Source: Planctomycetota bacterium (GTDB taxonomy: Bacteria > Planctomycetota > GCA-002687715 > CAIWVZ01). From it: a stretch of DNA of 64,000 bases. Made by a program: the position numbers and the translations under genes. The notes under the pieces are model-generated. The model was not told where the DNA came from, ran no database searches, and saw only the letters and a list, made by a program, of their open reading frames with translations. Positions 50,593 through 59,084 of the stretch are shown piece after piece (position 1 is the stretch's first letter; the number at the start of each line of letters is the position of its first letter). The stretch covers positions 832,001-896,000 of the forward strand of contig JBGANV010000001.1 in NCBI GenBank assembly GCA_044222185.1, written 5' to 3'.

Positions 50593-51789
50593 ATGAAGAT
50601 CCCGGCAATCGCCGTTGCGTCATTCCTCGCCCTTTCGGCAGCGCTCGCCTCAGCGCAGCAGATCGTGCTTCTCACCGAAGCAGCAACCCTCGTGACGATC
50701 GACGGCTCCGTGCCCGGCGCCGCGCTTTCGAGCGTTCCCATCACCGGCCTCCATGCCGGTGAATTCGTCCACGGAGTCGATTTCCGACCCGCAACCGGGC
50801 AGCTGTATGCCCTGGGAAGCCAGGGATACCTGTACACGGTGAACACGATCGATGGCGTCGCCACGCAGGTTGGCGGCATGCTGACCACCACCCTTTCCGG
50901 AACGAGTTTCGGCTTCGACTTCAATCCGACCGTCGACCGCATCCGGGTCGTGAGCAACACCGGCCAGAACCTTCGCCTCAATCCGGTGACGGGCGCCGTC
51001 GCCGCCATCGATCTGTCGCTCGCCTTCGCGGCGACGGACGTGAATGCAGGACAGACGCCGCAAGTGAGCGGCTCGGCCTACACGAACAACGTCGCGGGTG
51101 CGACGACCACCACGCTCTACGACATCGATGGCGGCCTCGACGTGCTCGTCACGCAGGTGCCGCCGAACAATGGCGTCCTGAACACGGTCGGGCCGTTGGG
51201 AATCGACGTCGGAAGCGTGAACGGCTTCGACATCTCGGGTGCGACGGGAATCGCTTATGCGGCGCTCACCTCTCCGGGGGCCCAGGTGAACTCTTCCAAC
51301 CTCTTCACGATCAACCTCGCCACCGGAGCGGCGACGTTCGTCTCGAACCTCGGTGCCGTGGGGCAGGTGCGCGGCCTTTCGGTCATGCCGCTTCCGGGCG
51401 TCGCGCGGTTCGGCGCGGCCACGCTGGGGTGCAACGGTCGCGTCGCCCTGGGTGTCAACTCGAAGGCGTCCATCGGCAACCTGGGCTTTGCGCTGCTCGC
51501 GGGCAATGCGGCACCGAACGCCGCCGGCCTCGTCGTCCTCTCGGATGCTGCGCTGAACCCGCCCGTGTCGAGTGGCGGTGTTTTGTTGCTCGTGGACATG
51601 GCGTCGGCTGCTGCGGTGACCTTGCCGGTGACGGCTGACGTTTTCGGACGGGCTGGTCTGGCGCTCGCCATTCCGACCGACCCCAGCCTGGTGGGACTCA
51701 CGCGCTTCCTCCAGGTCGGGTTCGTCGATCTGTGCGGTCCGTCCGGCGTTGCGACGTCGAACGGCATCTCCATCACGATCCAGCCCTGA
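50593..51789 (+). CDS. Secreted DUF4394 protein with the shared C-terminal '..SNGI' domain
   Basis: Signal peptide ..ASA|Q; 'GVDFRPATGQLYALG', 'FGFDFNPTVDRIRVVS..GQNLR', 'AYTNN..TTLYDID', 'QVPPNNG'. Confidence 0.88.
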   Translation: MKIPAIAVASFLALSAALASAQQIVLLTEAATLVTIDGSVPGAALSSVPITGLHAGEFVHGVDFRPATGQLYALGSQGYLYTVNTIDGVATQVGGMLTTTLSGTSFGFDFNPTVDRIRVVSNTGQNLRLNPVTGAVAAIDLSLAFAATDVNAGQTPQVSGSAYTNNVAGATTTTLYDIDGGLDVLVTQVPPNNGVLNTVGPLGIDVGSVNGFDISGATGIAYAALTSPGAQVNSSNLFTINLATGAATFVSNLGAVGQVRGLSVMPLPGVARFGAATLGCNGRVALGVNSKASIGNLGFALLAGNAAPNAAGLVVLSDAALNPPVSSGGVLLLVDMASAAAVTLPVTADVFGRAGLALAIPTDPSLVGLTRFLQVGFVDLCGPSGVATSNGISITIQP

Positions 51790-51942
51790 CCTCACGGGGG
51801 CGGGATGAACGGCTTCCCGTGACCCATGCCGGGCCTGTGAGATGGCCCGGCATCTTCTTTTCCCGACGAGACTTCCGGCGTGACGTCGATGACGACGATC
51901 GCCGTGGCGGCTTCGCAGCAAGGATCCCGAAACGGGGATCAC

Positions 51943-52001
51943 TTCCACCTGTCCTCCTGGTCGATATACTGGCCATCCAACCAGCATGGTCGGATGACCA
52001 G
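51943..52001 (+). promoter_or_regulatory. lexA promoter with tandem SOS-box-like operators
   Basis: TTCCAC-N16-TATACT; CTGGCCATCCAACCAG (51969-51984) and ATGGTCGGATGACCAG (51986-52001). Confidence 0.65.
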
Positions 52002-52026
52002 ACTGGGCTGGAGACGCGGAGGCCGC

Positions 52027-52731
52027 ATGCGCGAGATCACGAAGAGCCAGGCTCGGGTGTTGCGATTCATCCGGGAGTTCTGCGAAGAGCGGGGATTTCC
52101 GCCCACGCACAAGGAGATCGCCGAGGGGTTGGGCTTCAGCTCGCCCAATGCGGCGGGCGAACATCTGCGCCTTCTGGTGAAGAAGGGCGTGGTGGCCGTG
52201 GAGCCTGGAGTCTCGCGCGGCTTGCGGATCGTGGAGGACGCCGAGACCCCCTCGCCCAGGGCCAGGCACGCGCTGGCGAAGGGGCCTGCACAGACGCGGG
52301 GGAGAGTGAGTGGTCTCGAGCTGCCGCTCATCGGCCACGTGGCTGCCGGTCAACCGATCCTGGCGGAAGCCAACGTGGAGCGGACGGTGACCGTCGATTC
52401 CGAGCTGTTTCGTTCTCGCGCCGACTATCTCCTGCGTGTCCGGGGAGATTCCATGATCGAGGCTGGGATCCTGCCGGGTGATCTGGTGGCCGTCAGCCGG
52501 GCTTCGCGCGTGCGCGATGGGCAGGTTGCCGTCGTGCGGCTCGACGACGAGGTCACCGTCAAGCGCTGGCACACGAAAGGCCGGGGGGACGGGCTGCGCG
52601 TGGTGCTCGAGCCGGCCAACGCGGCGCTGAAGCCCATGGTCTTCGATCCACGTCGAGTGCATGTGGCGGTGGAAGGCCTGGTCGTGGGGTTGGTGCGCTC
52701 GACCCTTTCGATTCGGGGGCACGTCTCATGA
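52027..52731 (+). CDS. lexA: SOS repressor LexA
   Basis: wHTH 'GFPPTHKEIA..SSPNAAGEHL', cleavage site 'VAAGQP', catalytic 'GDSM' and 'VTVKR'. Confidence 0.95.
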   Translation: MREITKSQARVLRFIREFCEERGFPPTHKEIAEGLGFSSPNAAGEHLRLLVKKGVVAVEPGVSRGLRIVEDAETPSPRARHALAKGPAQTRGRVSGLELPLIGHVAAGQPILAEANVERTVTVDSELFRSRADYLLRVRGDSMIEAGILPGDLVAVSRASRVRDGQVAVVRLDDEVTVKRWHTKGRGDGLRVVLEPANAALKPMVFDPRRVHVAVEGLVVGLVRSTLSIRGHVS

Positions 52732-53636
52732 CCGCCGCTCGCAAGCAGGTCGACCTGGACGAGATCCACCGGCTGCGCTCGGCCATCGCCGCATGCGAGC
52801 GGGGCGAGCGAGTGCCCACGCTTTCGGTCATGCCTCGGACGGAATCCCTGCCGGGAAATGTGCCGGAGGGTGCGCTCCTCAGTCGCGATGGGGCCACGCT
52901 CTCGCCGTCGTCCGCACGATCGGAGGCCTTGGGGGCGAGCGTGCCCGCGGAGGTCTCGTCGCGGCTTTCCCAGAGCATTCGTCTGGCGACGGGCTTCCAG
53001 GCCCTCGACGACGCGCTTGGTGGAGGTCTCCACCACGGAGCCTTGAACGAAGTGTTCGTGGCGTCCGCGGGGAGCGGGGCCTTGGAGACGTTGCTGCCGG
53101 CGGTGGCGCGGGCGGGCGCGGGCAAGCGACTTTTGGCCTGGATCCATCCCACTTGCACGCCTTATCCGCCGGCGCTGGTGCAATGCGGATTCGCTCTCGA
53201 GCGGTGGCTCGTGGTCCGACCCGCGAGCGAGGACGACCATCAATGGGCCATCGATCAGTCGCTGCGTTCGGGAGCGTGCGATGCCGTCGTCGCCTACCTG
53301 GGCGATCTGCCGGATCGACTGCTGCGGCGACTTCAGCTCGCGGCGCAGGAAGGACGCACGCTCGGACTCTTCTTCCGACCTGCGGCCACCATGACCCGGC
53401 CATCACCGGCTGCCGTGCGCCTCTTCGCCGAACCGGTTCCCTCGCGCGACACGCGCATGCGTCGCGTGCGTTTCGACGTGTTGCGATGCCGCGGCACGCC
53501 CCACACCCCGTCCGTTTTTCTGGAGTGGTCCCGTGACCCGCTGGATGAGCCTCCAACTTCCTTTCCTGCCGATCGAACGACTGACGCTCGCGATGCCGGG
53601 GCTGGATCGGGCCCCCTTCGCGCTTCTATCGCGTGA
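52728..53636 (+). CDS. imuA: Translesion synthesis protein ImuA (RecA/SulA-like)
   Basis: 'TGFQALDDALGGG', 'PYPPAL', 'LRSGAC', 'RRLQLAA', 'SPAAVRL'. Confidence 0.88.
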   Translation: MTAARKQVDLDEIHRLRSAIAACERGERVPTLSVMPRTESLPGNVPEGALLSRDGATLSPSSARSEALGASVPAEVSSRLSQSIRLATGFQALDDALGGGLHHGALNEVFVASAGSGALETLLPAVARAGAGKRLLAWIHPTCTPYPPALVQCGFALERWLVVRPASEDDHQWAIDQSLRSGACDAVVAYLGDLPDRLLRRLQLAAQEGRTLGLFFRPAATMTRPSPAAVRLFAEPVPSRDTRMRRVRFDVLRCRGTPHTPSVFLEWSRDPLDEPPTSFPADRTTDARDAGAGSGPLRASIA

Positions 53637-55038
53637 AGGCGAGCGCGACGTCGTCGTCGCCAGCTCGGCGGCGGCCAGAAAGTGTGGCGTGAAGCCGGGC
53701 TTGCCGGCCGCCGCAGCACGGGCACTCTGCGCAGGGCTGGAAATCCGGCGTCACGAGCCGGACGAAGATCGCCGTCTGCTCGAGCGCCTGGCCGTCATCG
53801 CCCAGCAGTTCACGCCGGACGTGTGCCTGGACGGAGCCAGCGGACTTTTTCTCGAAGTGGGGCGGACGGCGCGGCGCTTCGGTGGCGAGGGCTCTCTGGC
53901 GGAGCGGGTGCGGGCGCTTTGCACGGGGCTCGGGCATCACCCGCGTCTCGGGATTGCGTCCACGTCACGGGCTGCGCGAGCCCTGGCGCGCGCGGGCGGT
54001 GCGGCCATCGCCATCGCGCCCGGTGACGATCCCAGGCCGGCGCTGGTGGGACTTCCCTGGCGAGTGCTTTCCCCGCCGGACACGGTGGCCGATGCGTTCA
54101 TCGCCTTGGGGTTGGAGACCGTCGGGGACGTCCTGCGGCTGCCGTGGTCCGGGATCGCCGCACGTTGCGGGGACGATTTCCTCCGCGAGCTCCAATGCCT
54201 CGTGGGAGAGCGGGACGAGCCGCTCGTGCGCGTTCGACCCGTGGATCTCTTTGCCGAGCGGTTCGAGTTCTGGCAGCCGACGGATGACTCCAGTCGCATC
54301 ATCTTCGTCGCCAAGCGCCTGTTCGACCTGGCGGAGGCCCATCTGGCCGTTCGCAATCAGGGCCTTGCCACCATCGAGCTGGATCTCATCCAGTCGGATG
54401 ACGGATCCGTGCTGCATCTCGCGCTGCGTCCGGGTGTGCCCACGCGGGATGCGCGCGTGCTCGTGCGGTTGCTCGGGCATCGCCTCGAACGCGAAGCGTT
54501 GCGCTCACCGGTGGAGGAGATCCGTCTTTGGTTCGACGAGACCGTGCCGCTGCCCGAGCGGCAGGGACTCTTGTTCGACGAGGCTCCGGCGTTTCGCGAA
54601 GACGACGAAGCGCTGGCGTTGAAAGATCGCCTGGCGGTGCGGCTGGGTGAGGATCGGGTGAATGCTCCGCTCCTCCTGGACGATCATCGTCCCGAGCGGG
54701 CGTTTCGCTGGCGCAAGCACGGAGAGGCCGTGGATCTCCGTTCACCGGCAGCCGTCGCGTGCGCGCCGCCAGGACGACGACCGCTGGAGCTTCACGCCTC
54801 GCCGCAACGGGTGATGGTGGGTTCGGACGCATCCGGTCGACCCCTGGCGATCCTGGAAGGGTCGCAGCGAGGCCCGTTGCGCGTCGTGCGCGGCCCCGAG
54901 CGCATCGAGAGTGGTTGGTGGGACGGGCAGGACGTGCGTCGGCTCTACTTCGAAGTGGAGACACCCCTGGGTATTCGCCTGTGGGTGTTTCGCGATCAAC
55001 ACACGGGCACGTGGCATCAGCATGGAACCTTCCAGTAG
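53533..55038 (+). CDS. imuB: Y-family polymerase-like protein ImuB
   Basis: 'QFTP', clamp-binding-like 'QGLLF', 'DHRPE', 'GPERIESGWW', 'WHQHG'. Confidence 0.9.
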   Translation: MTRWMSLQLPFLPIERLTLAMPGLDRAPFALLSREGERDVVVASSAAARKCGVKPGLPAAAARALCAGLEIRRHEPDEDRRLLERLAVIAQQFTPDVCLDGASGLFLEVGRTARRFGGEGSLAERVRALCTGLGHHPRLGIASTSRAARALARAGGAAIAIAPGDDPRPALVGLPWRVLSPPDTVADAFIALGLETVGDVLRLPWSGIAARCGDDFLRELQCLVGERDEPLVRVRPVDLFAERFEFWQPTDDSSRIIFVAKRLFDLAEAHLAVRNQGLATIELDLIQSDDGSVLHLALRPGVPTRDARVLVRLLGHRLEREALRSPVEEIRLWFDETVPLPERQGLLFDEAPAFREDDEALALKDRLAVRLGEDRVNAPLLLDDHRPERAFRWRKHGEAVDLRSPAAVACAPPGRRPLELHASPQRVMVGSDASGRPLAILEGSQRGPLRVVRGPERIESGWWDGQDVRRLYFEVETPLGIRLWVFRDQHTGTWHQHGTFQ

Positions 55039-55145
55039 CGAAGCGCGATCCTTCCACGCCGCGGGATGGCGGGTGAACGACGCCACGGCGAGAGCCCTGC
55101 GAGCCGGTCCGGTGGACGCCTGGCGTTTCGGTGGCGGGTCTCGTC

Positions 55146-58100
55146 ATGCCTGACATCCCGCTGTCGAAAGTCCACCCTCATCCGGCCAAGGCGGGGAAAC
55201 GGCCCGACGCCCACGGCAGTACGGCGGAGGTCGAATCCACCCCGCGCTGCGAGTACGCCGAGCTCCACTGCGTCACGAACTTCAGCTTCCTGCGGGGCGC
55301 CTCTCACCCCGACGAACTCGTGGCCAAGTCCGTCGAACTGGGCTATGCGGCGGTGGCCATCACCGACGAGCATTCGCTGGCCGGTGTGGTTCGGGCGCAC
55401 GTGGCCGCGAAGGAGCGCAAGTTTCCGCTGATCGTCGGAGCCGAGATCACGCCGGACGACGCGGCGGCCGTCGTTCTGCTCGCCACCGACCGAGCCGCCT
55501 ACGGACGTCTCTCGCGACTCCTCACGATCGGGAGACGGCGAGCCGCGAAGGGCACGTGTCTTCTGCATCGGAACGACATCGCCGCGCATGCCGAAGGGCT
55601 CCTCGCCATCGGCATCGCCGACGAGTCGGCCTTGCGTCCCGACGCGGATGAATCGGCCATGAACCGGACGCACGGACGGTTGGCGTGGTTGCGCGACGTC
55701 TTTGGGGATCGCGCCGCGCTGGAAGTGGCTCTGCACGATGGTCCCGACGATCGGGCGCGTCTGCGGCGGCTGGATGAGCTTGCCCGACGCACGGGCCTGC
55801 CGCTGGTCGCCGCCGGCAACGTGGACGCCCACGTCAGCGAGCGTCGCGCCGTGCGCGATACGCTGATCGCCATCCGACATGGTTGCGCCGTGTCCGAACT
55901 GGGATCGCGGCTGCCCGCGTGCGGCGTCAAACCCCTGCGCGATGCGGCGACGCTGCAGCGCCTGCACGCAGGACGTCCCGAGCTCTTGCGACGCTCGGTG
56001 GAGCTGGCCGCCCGCTGTCACTTCTCGCTCGACGAGCTCCGCTACGAGTACCCGGCCGAAGGAGACGCGGACACGCTCCGCCGCCTCGTCGAACATCACG
56101 CCCGCGAGCGATGGCCAGAAGGCATGCCCGCCAAGGTACGCGGACTCATCGAGCACGAGATGGCCCTCGTCGCCGAGCTCCAGTACGAGCGGTACTTCCT
56201 CACGGTCCACGAACTCGTGCATTTCGCCCGCGGCCGCGGCATCCTCTGCCAGGGGCGGGGAAGCGCGGCCAATTCCGCCATCTGCTACGTGCTCGGGATC
56301 ACGTCCGTCGACCCCGATCGCTTCGACGTCCTCTTCGAGCGATTCGTTTCCCGCGACCGGCACGAACCTCCGGACATCGACGTGGACTTCGAGCACGAGC
56401 GGCGGGAGGAAGTCCTCCAACACATCTACGAGAAGTACGGTCGCGAGCGCGCGGCCATCGCTGCCACCGTCATCACGTATCGCGGACGCAGCGCCATGCG
56501 CGACGTGGGGAAGGCTCTGGGCCTCACCCTCGATCAGGTGGATCGTCTCGCGACCGGCCTCGAATGGTGGGATGCGGTCGACTGGCCGGAAAAGCGCCTG
56601 AAGGAATCCGGGTTCGATCCGCAGGATCCGCTCTTGCGACGGGTGATCGGACTCACGCAGGAGATCCAGGGGTTCCCGCGGCACCTCTCCCAGCACGTGG
56701 GCGGCATGGTGATCACGGCGGGACGTCTGGACGAGATGGTGCCCATCGAGAACGCCGCCATGGATGACCGCACGGTGATCCAGTGGGACAAGGACGACCT
56801 GGACGCCCTCGGCATCTTGAAGGTGGATTGCCTCTCGCTCGGCATGCTCACGGCGATCCGCCGAGCCTTCGAATTCATCGAGCAGGTGCGCGGACGCAGA
56901 CTCGGCCTCGCGGACGTGCCTGCGGAGGATCCGGAGGTCTACCGCATGCTCCAGCGGGCGGACACCATCGGCGTCTTCCAGATCGAGAGCCGTGCGCAGA
57001 TGGCCATGCTTCCGCGGCTCAAGCCGCGCGAGTTCTACGACCTCGTGATCGAAGTGGCGATCGTCCGCCCCGGCCCCATCCAAGGCGGCATGGTGCATCC
57101 GTACCTGCGTCGACGCGAAGGGTCGGAGCAGGTCTCGTTCCCATCCGAGGCCGTGCGGTCCGTGCTGCAGAAGACGCTCGGCGTTCCCATCTTCCAGGAG
57201 CAGGCCATGCGGCTTGCGGTCGTCGCCGCCGGATTCACGCCCGGTGAGGCGGACCAGCTGCGTCGTGCCATGGGCGCCTGGCGCCGCGCGGGGCTGATCC
57301 AGTCCTTCGAGAAGAAGCTCGTCGACGGCATGCTCGAGCGGGGCTACGCGGAAGAGTTCGCGCGGGGACTCTTCAAACAGCTGCTCGGCTTTGGCGAGTA
57401 CGGCTTCCCCGAGAGTCACGCCGCGAGCTTCGCGCTCCTGACCTACGTGTCGAGCTGGCTCAAGCGATACGAGCCTGCCTGCTTCGCCGCGGCCCTGTTG
57501 AACAGCCAGCCCATGGGGTTCTACGCACCGGCGCAGCTCGTGCGCGACGCGCGGTCGCATGGAGTGGTCGTGCATCCCGTCGACGTGTCGAAGAGCTTCT
57601 TCGACTGCACGCTGGAGGCGCCCGTGCACGGCGAGCCGCGACTCTCCACGGCGTTCGTTCCGCCTCAGGCGTTCGGGCGGGGAGGGCCCTCGCTGCGCCT
57701 GGGTTTCCGCATGGTGAAGGGCCTGTCGCGCGCCGCGGCCGATCGCCTGGTGGCGGCTCGATCGGAGCGGGCCTTCGACTCGGTGGAGGACTGCAAGCAT
57801 CGAGGACGGCTCAATCGCCGGGAGGCAACCCTGCTCGCGGATGCGGGAGCCTTCGGCGAGTTGTCTCCCAATCGCCGAGCCGCCTGGTGGGATGCGGCCT
57901 TCGAACATCAGTCCACGCCCCTGCTGGATGCGACCGAGGCGGAAATCTTCGACGAGCTCAAACCCGATCTGGAACCTCCGTCGCTCGCCGAGGTCGTCGT
58001 GGCGGACTACAAGACGGTGGGCCTGTCATTGGAAGAACATCCCATGGCGCTCTTGCGGGATGCCGTCGCCAGGTACGGCGCCAAGCCCAATGCCGCGTTG

Positions 58101-58400
58101 AGTGGGTTGCCGCATGGACGATTCGTCACGGTGGCGGGGCTCGTGATCAACCGACAGCGCCCTGCCACGGCCTCGGGAGTGCTCTTCATGACCCTGGAGG
58201 ACGAGACGGCGTTCGCCAATCTCATCGTGCGCGTGAGGGAGCAGGAACGCTTCCGCACCGCAGTGATCAACGGTCGCATGCTTCTCGTTCGTGGCGTCGT
58301 GGAGCGAGCCGGGGAGGTCATTCATCTGATGGTTCATCACGTGACGGATCTCACGGAGCTGATCGCACGCGTTCCGACGGCATCCCGGGATTTCCACTGA
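55146..58400 (+). CDS. dnaE2: Error-prone DNA polymerase DnaE2 (ImuC)
   Basis: 'YAELHCVTNFSFLRGASHP', 'GRGSAANS', 'PPDIDVDF', 'YGFPESHAASFA', C-terminal SRDFH. Confidence 0.97.
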   Translation: MPDIPLSKVHPHPAKAGKRPDAHGSTAEVESTPRCEYAELHCVTNFSFLRGASHPDELVAKSVELGYAAVAITDEHSLAGVVRAHVAAKERKFPLIVGAEITPDDAAAVVLLATDRAAYGRLSRLLTIGRRRAAKGTCLLHRNDIAAHAEGLLAIGIADESALRPDADESAMNRTHGRLAWLRDVFGDRAALEVALHDGPDDRARLRRLDELARRTGLPLVAAGNVDAHVSERRAVRDTLIAIRHGCAVSELGSRLPACGVKPLRDAATLQRLHAGRPELLRRSVELAARCHFSLDELRYEYPAEGDADTLRRLVEHHARERWPEGMPAKVRGLIEHEMALVAELQYERYFLTVHELVHFARGRGILCQGRGSAANSAICYVLGITSVDPDRFDVLFERFVSRDRHEPPDIDVDFEHERREEVLQHIYEKYGRERAAIAATVITYRGRSAMRDVGKALGLTLDQVDRLATGLEWWDAVDWPEKRLKESGFDPQDPLLRRVIGLTQEIQGFPRHLSQHVGGMVITAGRLDEMVPIENAAMDDRTVIQWDKDDLDALGILKVDCLSLGMLTAIRRAFEFIEQVRGRRLGLADVPAEDPEVYRMLQRADTIGVFQIESRAQMAMLPRLKPREFYDLVIEVAIVRPGPIQGGMVHPYLRRREGSEQVSFPSEAVRSVLQKTLGVPIFQEQAMRLAVVAAGFTPGEADQLRRAMGAWRRAGLIQSFEKKLVDGMLERGYAEEFARGLFKQLLGFGEYGFPESHAASFALLTYVSSWLKRYEPACFAAALLNSQPMGFYAPAQLVRDARSHGVVVHPVDVSKSFFDCTLEAPVHGEPRLSTAFVPPQAFGRGGPSLRLGFRMVKGLSRAAADRLVAARSERAFDSVEDCKHRGRLNRREATLLADAGAFGELSPNRRAAWWDAAFEHQSTPLLDATEAEIFDELKPDLEPPSLAEVVVADYKTVGLSLEEHPMALLRDAVARYGAKPNAALSGLPHGRFVTVAGLVINRQRPATASGVLFMTLEDETAFANLIVRVREQERFRTAVINGRMLLVRGVVERAGEVIHLMVHHVTDLTELIARVPTASRDFH

Positions 58401-58458
58401 TGGTGTCGCGGAACGCAGGCCGCTGCGCCGGGGCATTCCGCGTCGTATCCTCTCGCCG

Positions 58459-59043
58459 ATGCAACCGCTGTGGTGCAAGGTGACTTTCGTGGCGGGACTC
58501 GTCGCGCTGACAGCGATCCGGGTTCCCCACGACCGGATCAGTCGGCAGACGCCCATCACCCAGAACCGGAAGGGACGCCTCGAATCCTTGCTCCTGGCGT
58601 TGATGGGGCTCGGTGGATTCGCGCTGCCGCTCACCTGGGTGTTCTCGACGTGGCTGCATGGGGCCGATCGGACGGCATCGCTTCCAACCTTTGCCGTGGG
58701 TGTGGCCGTCCTCCTGTTCGCCCTGTGGCTGTTCCACAGGTCGCACGTCGACCTCGGCCGGAACTGGTCCGTCACGCTCCAGGTGCGAGAAGGCCATCGG
58801 ATCGTCGATCGCGGGGTGTACCGCTCGATCCGCCACCCGATGTACTCCGCAATCTTCGCCTACGCGCTGGCCCAGGCCCTGATCGTTCCCAACTGGATCG
58901 CAGGGCCGTCCTGCTTCGTCGCCTTCGCGGTCATGTTCGCGTGTCGACTGGGGCCCGAGGAGCAGATGATGCTCGATACGTTCGGGTCCGAGTACGTGAC
59001 CTACCGCCAGCGGACGAAGCGCCTCATTCCGGGAATCTGGTGA
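58459..59043 (+). CDS. Isoprenylcysteine carboxyl methyltransferase (ICMT) family membrane protein
   Basis: 'LGRNWS', 'GVYRSIRHPMY', 'EEQMM..FGSEY..Y..RTKRLIP'. Confidence 0.88.
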   Translation: MQPLWCKVTFVAGLVALTAIRVPHDRISRQTPITQNRKGRLESLLLALMGLGGFALPLTWVFSTWLHGADRTASLPTFAVGVAVLLFALWLFHRSHVDLGRNWSVTLQVREGHRIVDRGVYRSIRHPMYSAIFAYALAQALIVPNWIAGPSCFVAFAVMFACRLGPEEQMMLDTFGSEYVTYRQRTKRLIPGIW

Positions 59044-59084
59044 CGACGAGATCGCTCGCCGAAGCCACGCCCGCCCGCCGCCGA

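Noticed and set aside
51790-58458. SOS cassette as a discrete mobile element
   Set aside because: No integrase, transposase, tRNA or flanking direct repeats were visible; any transfer left no boundaries I can see
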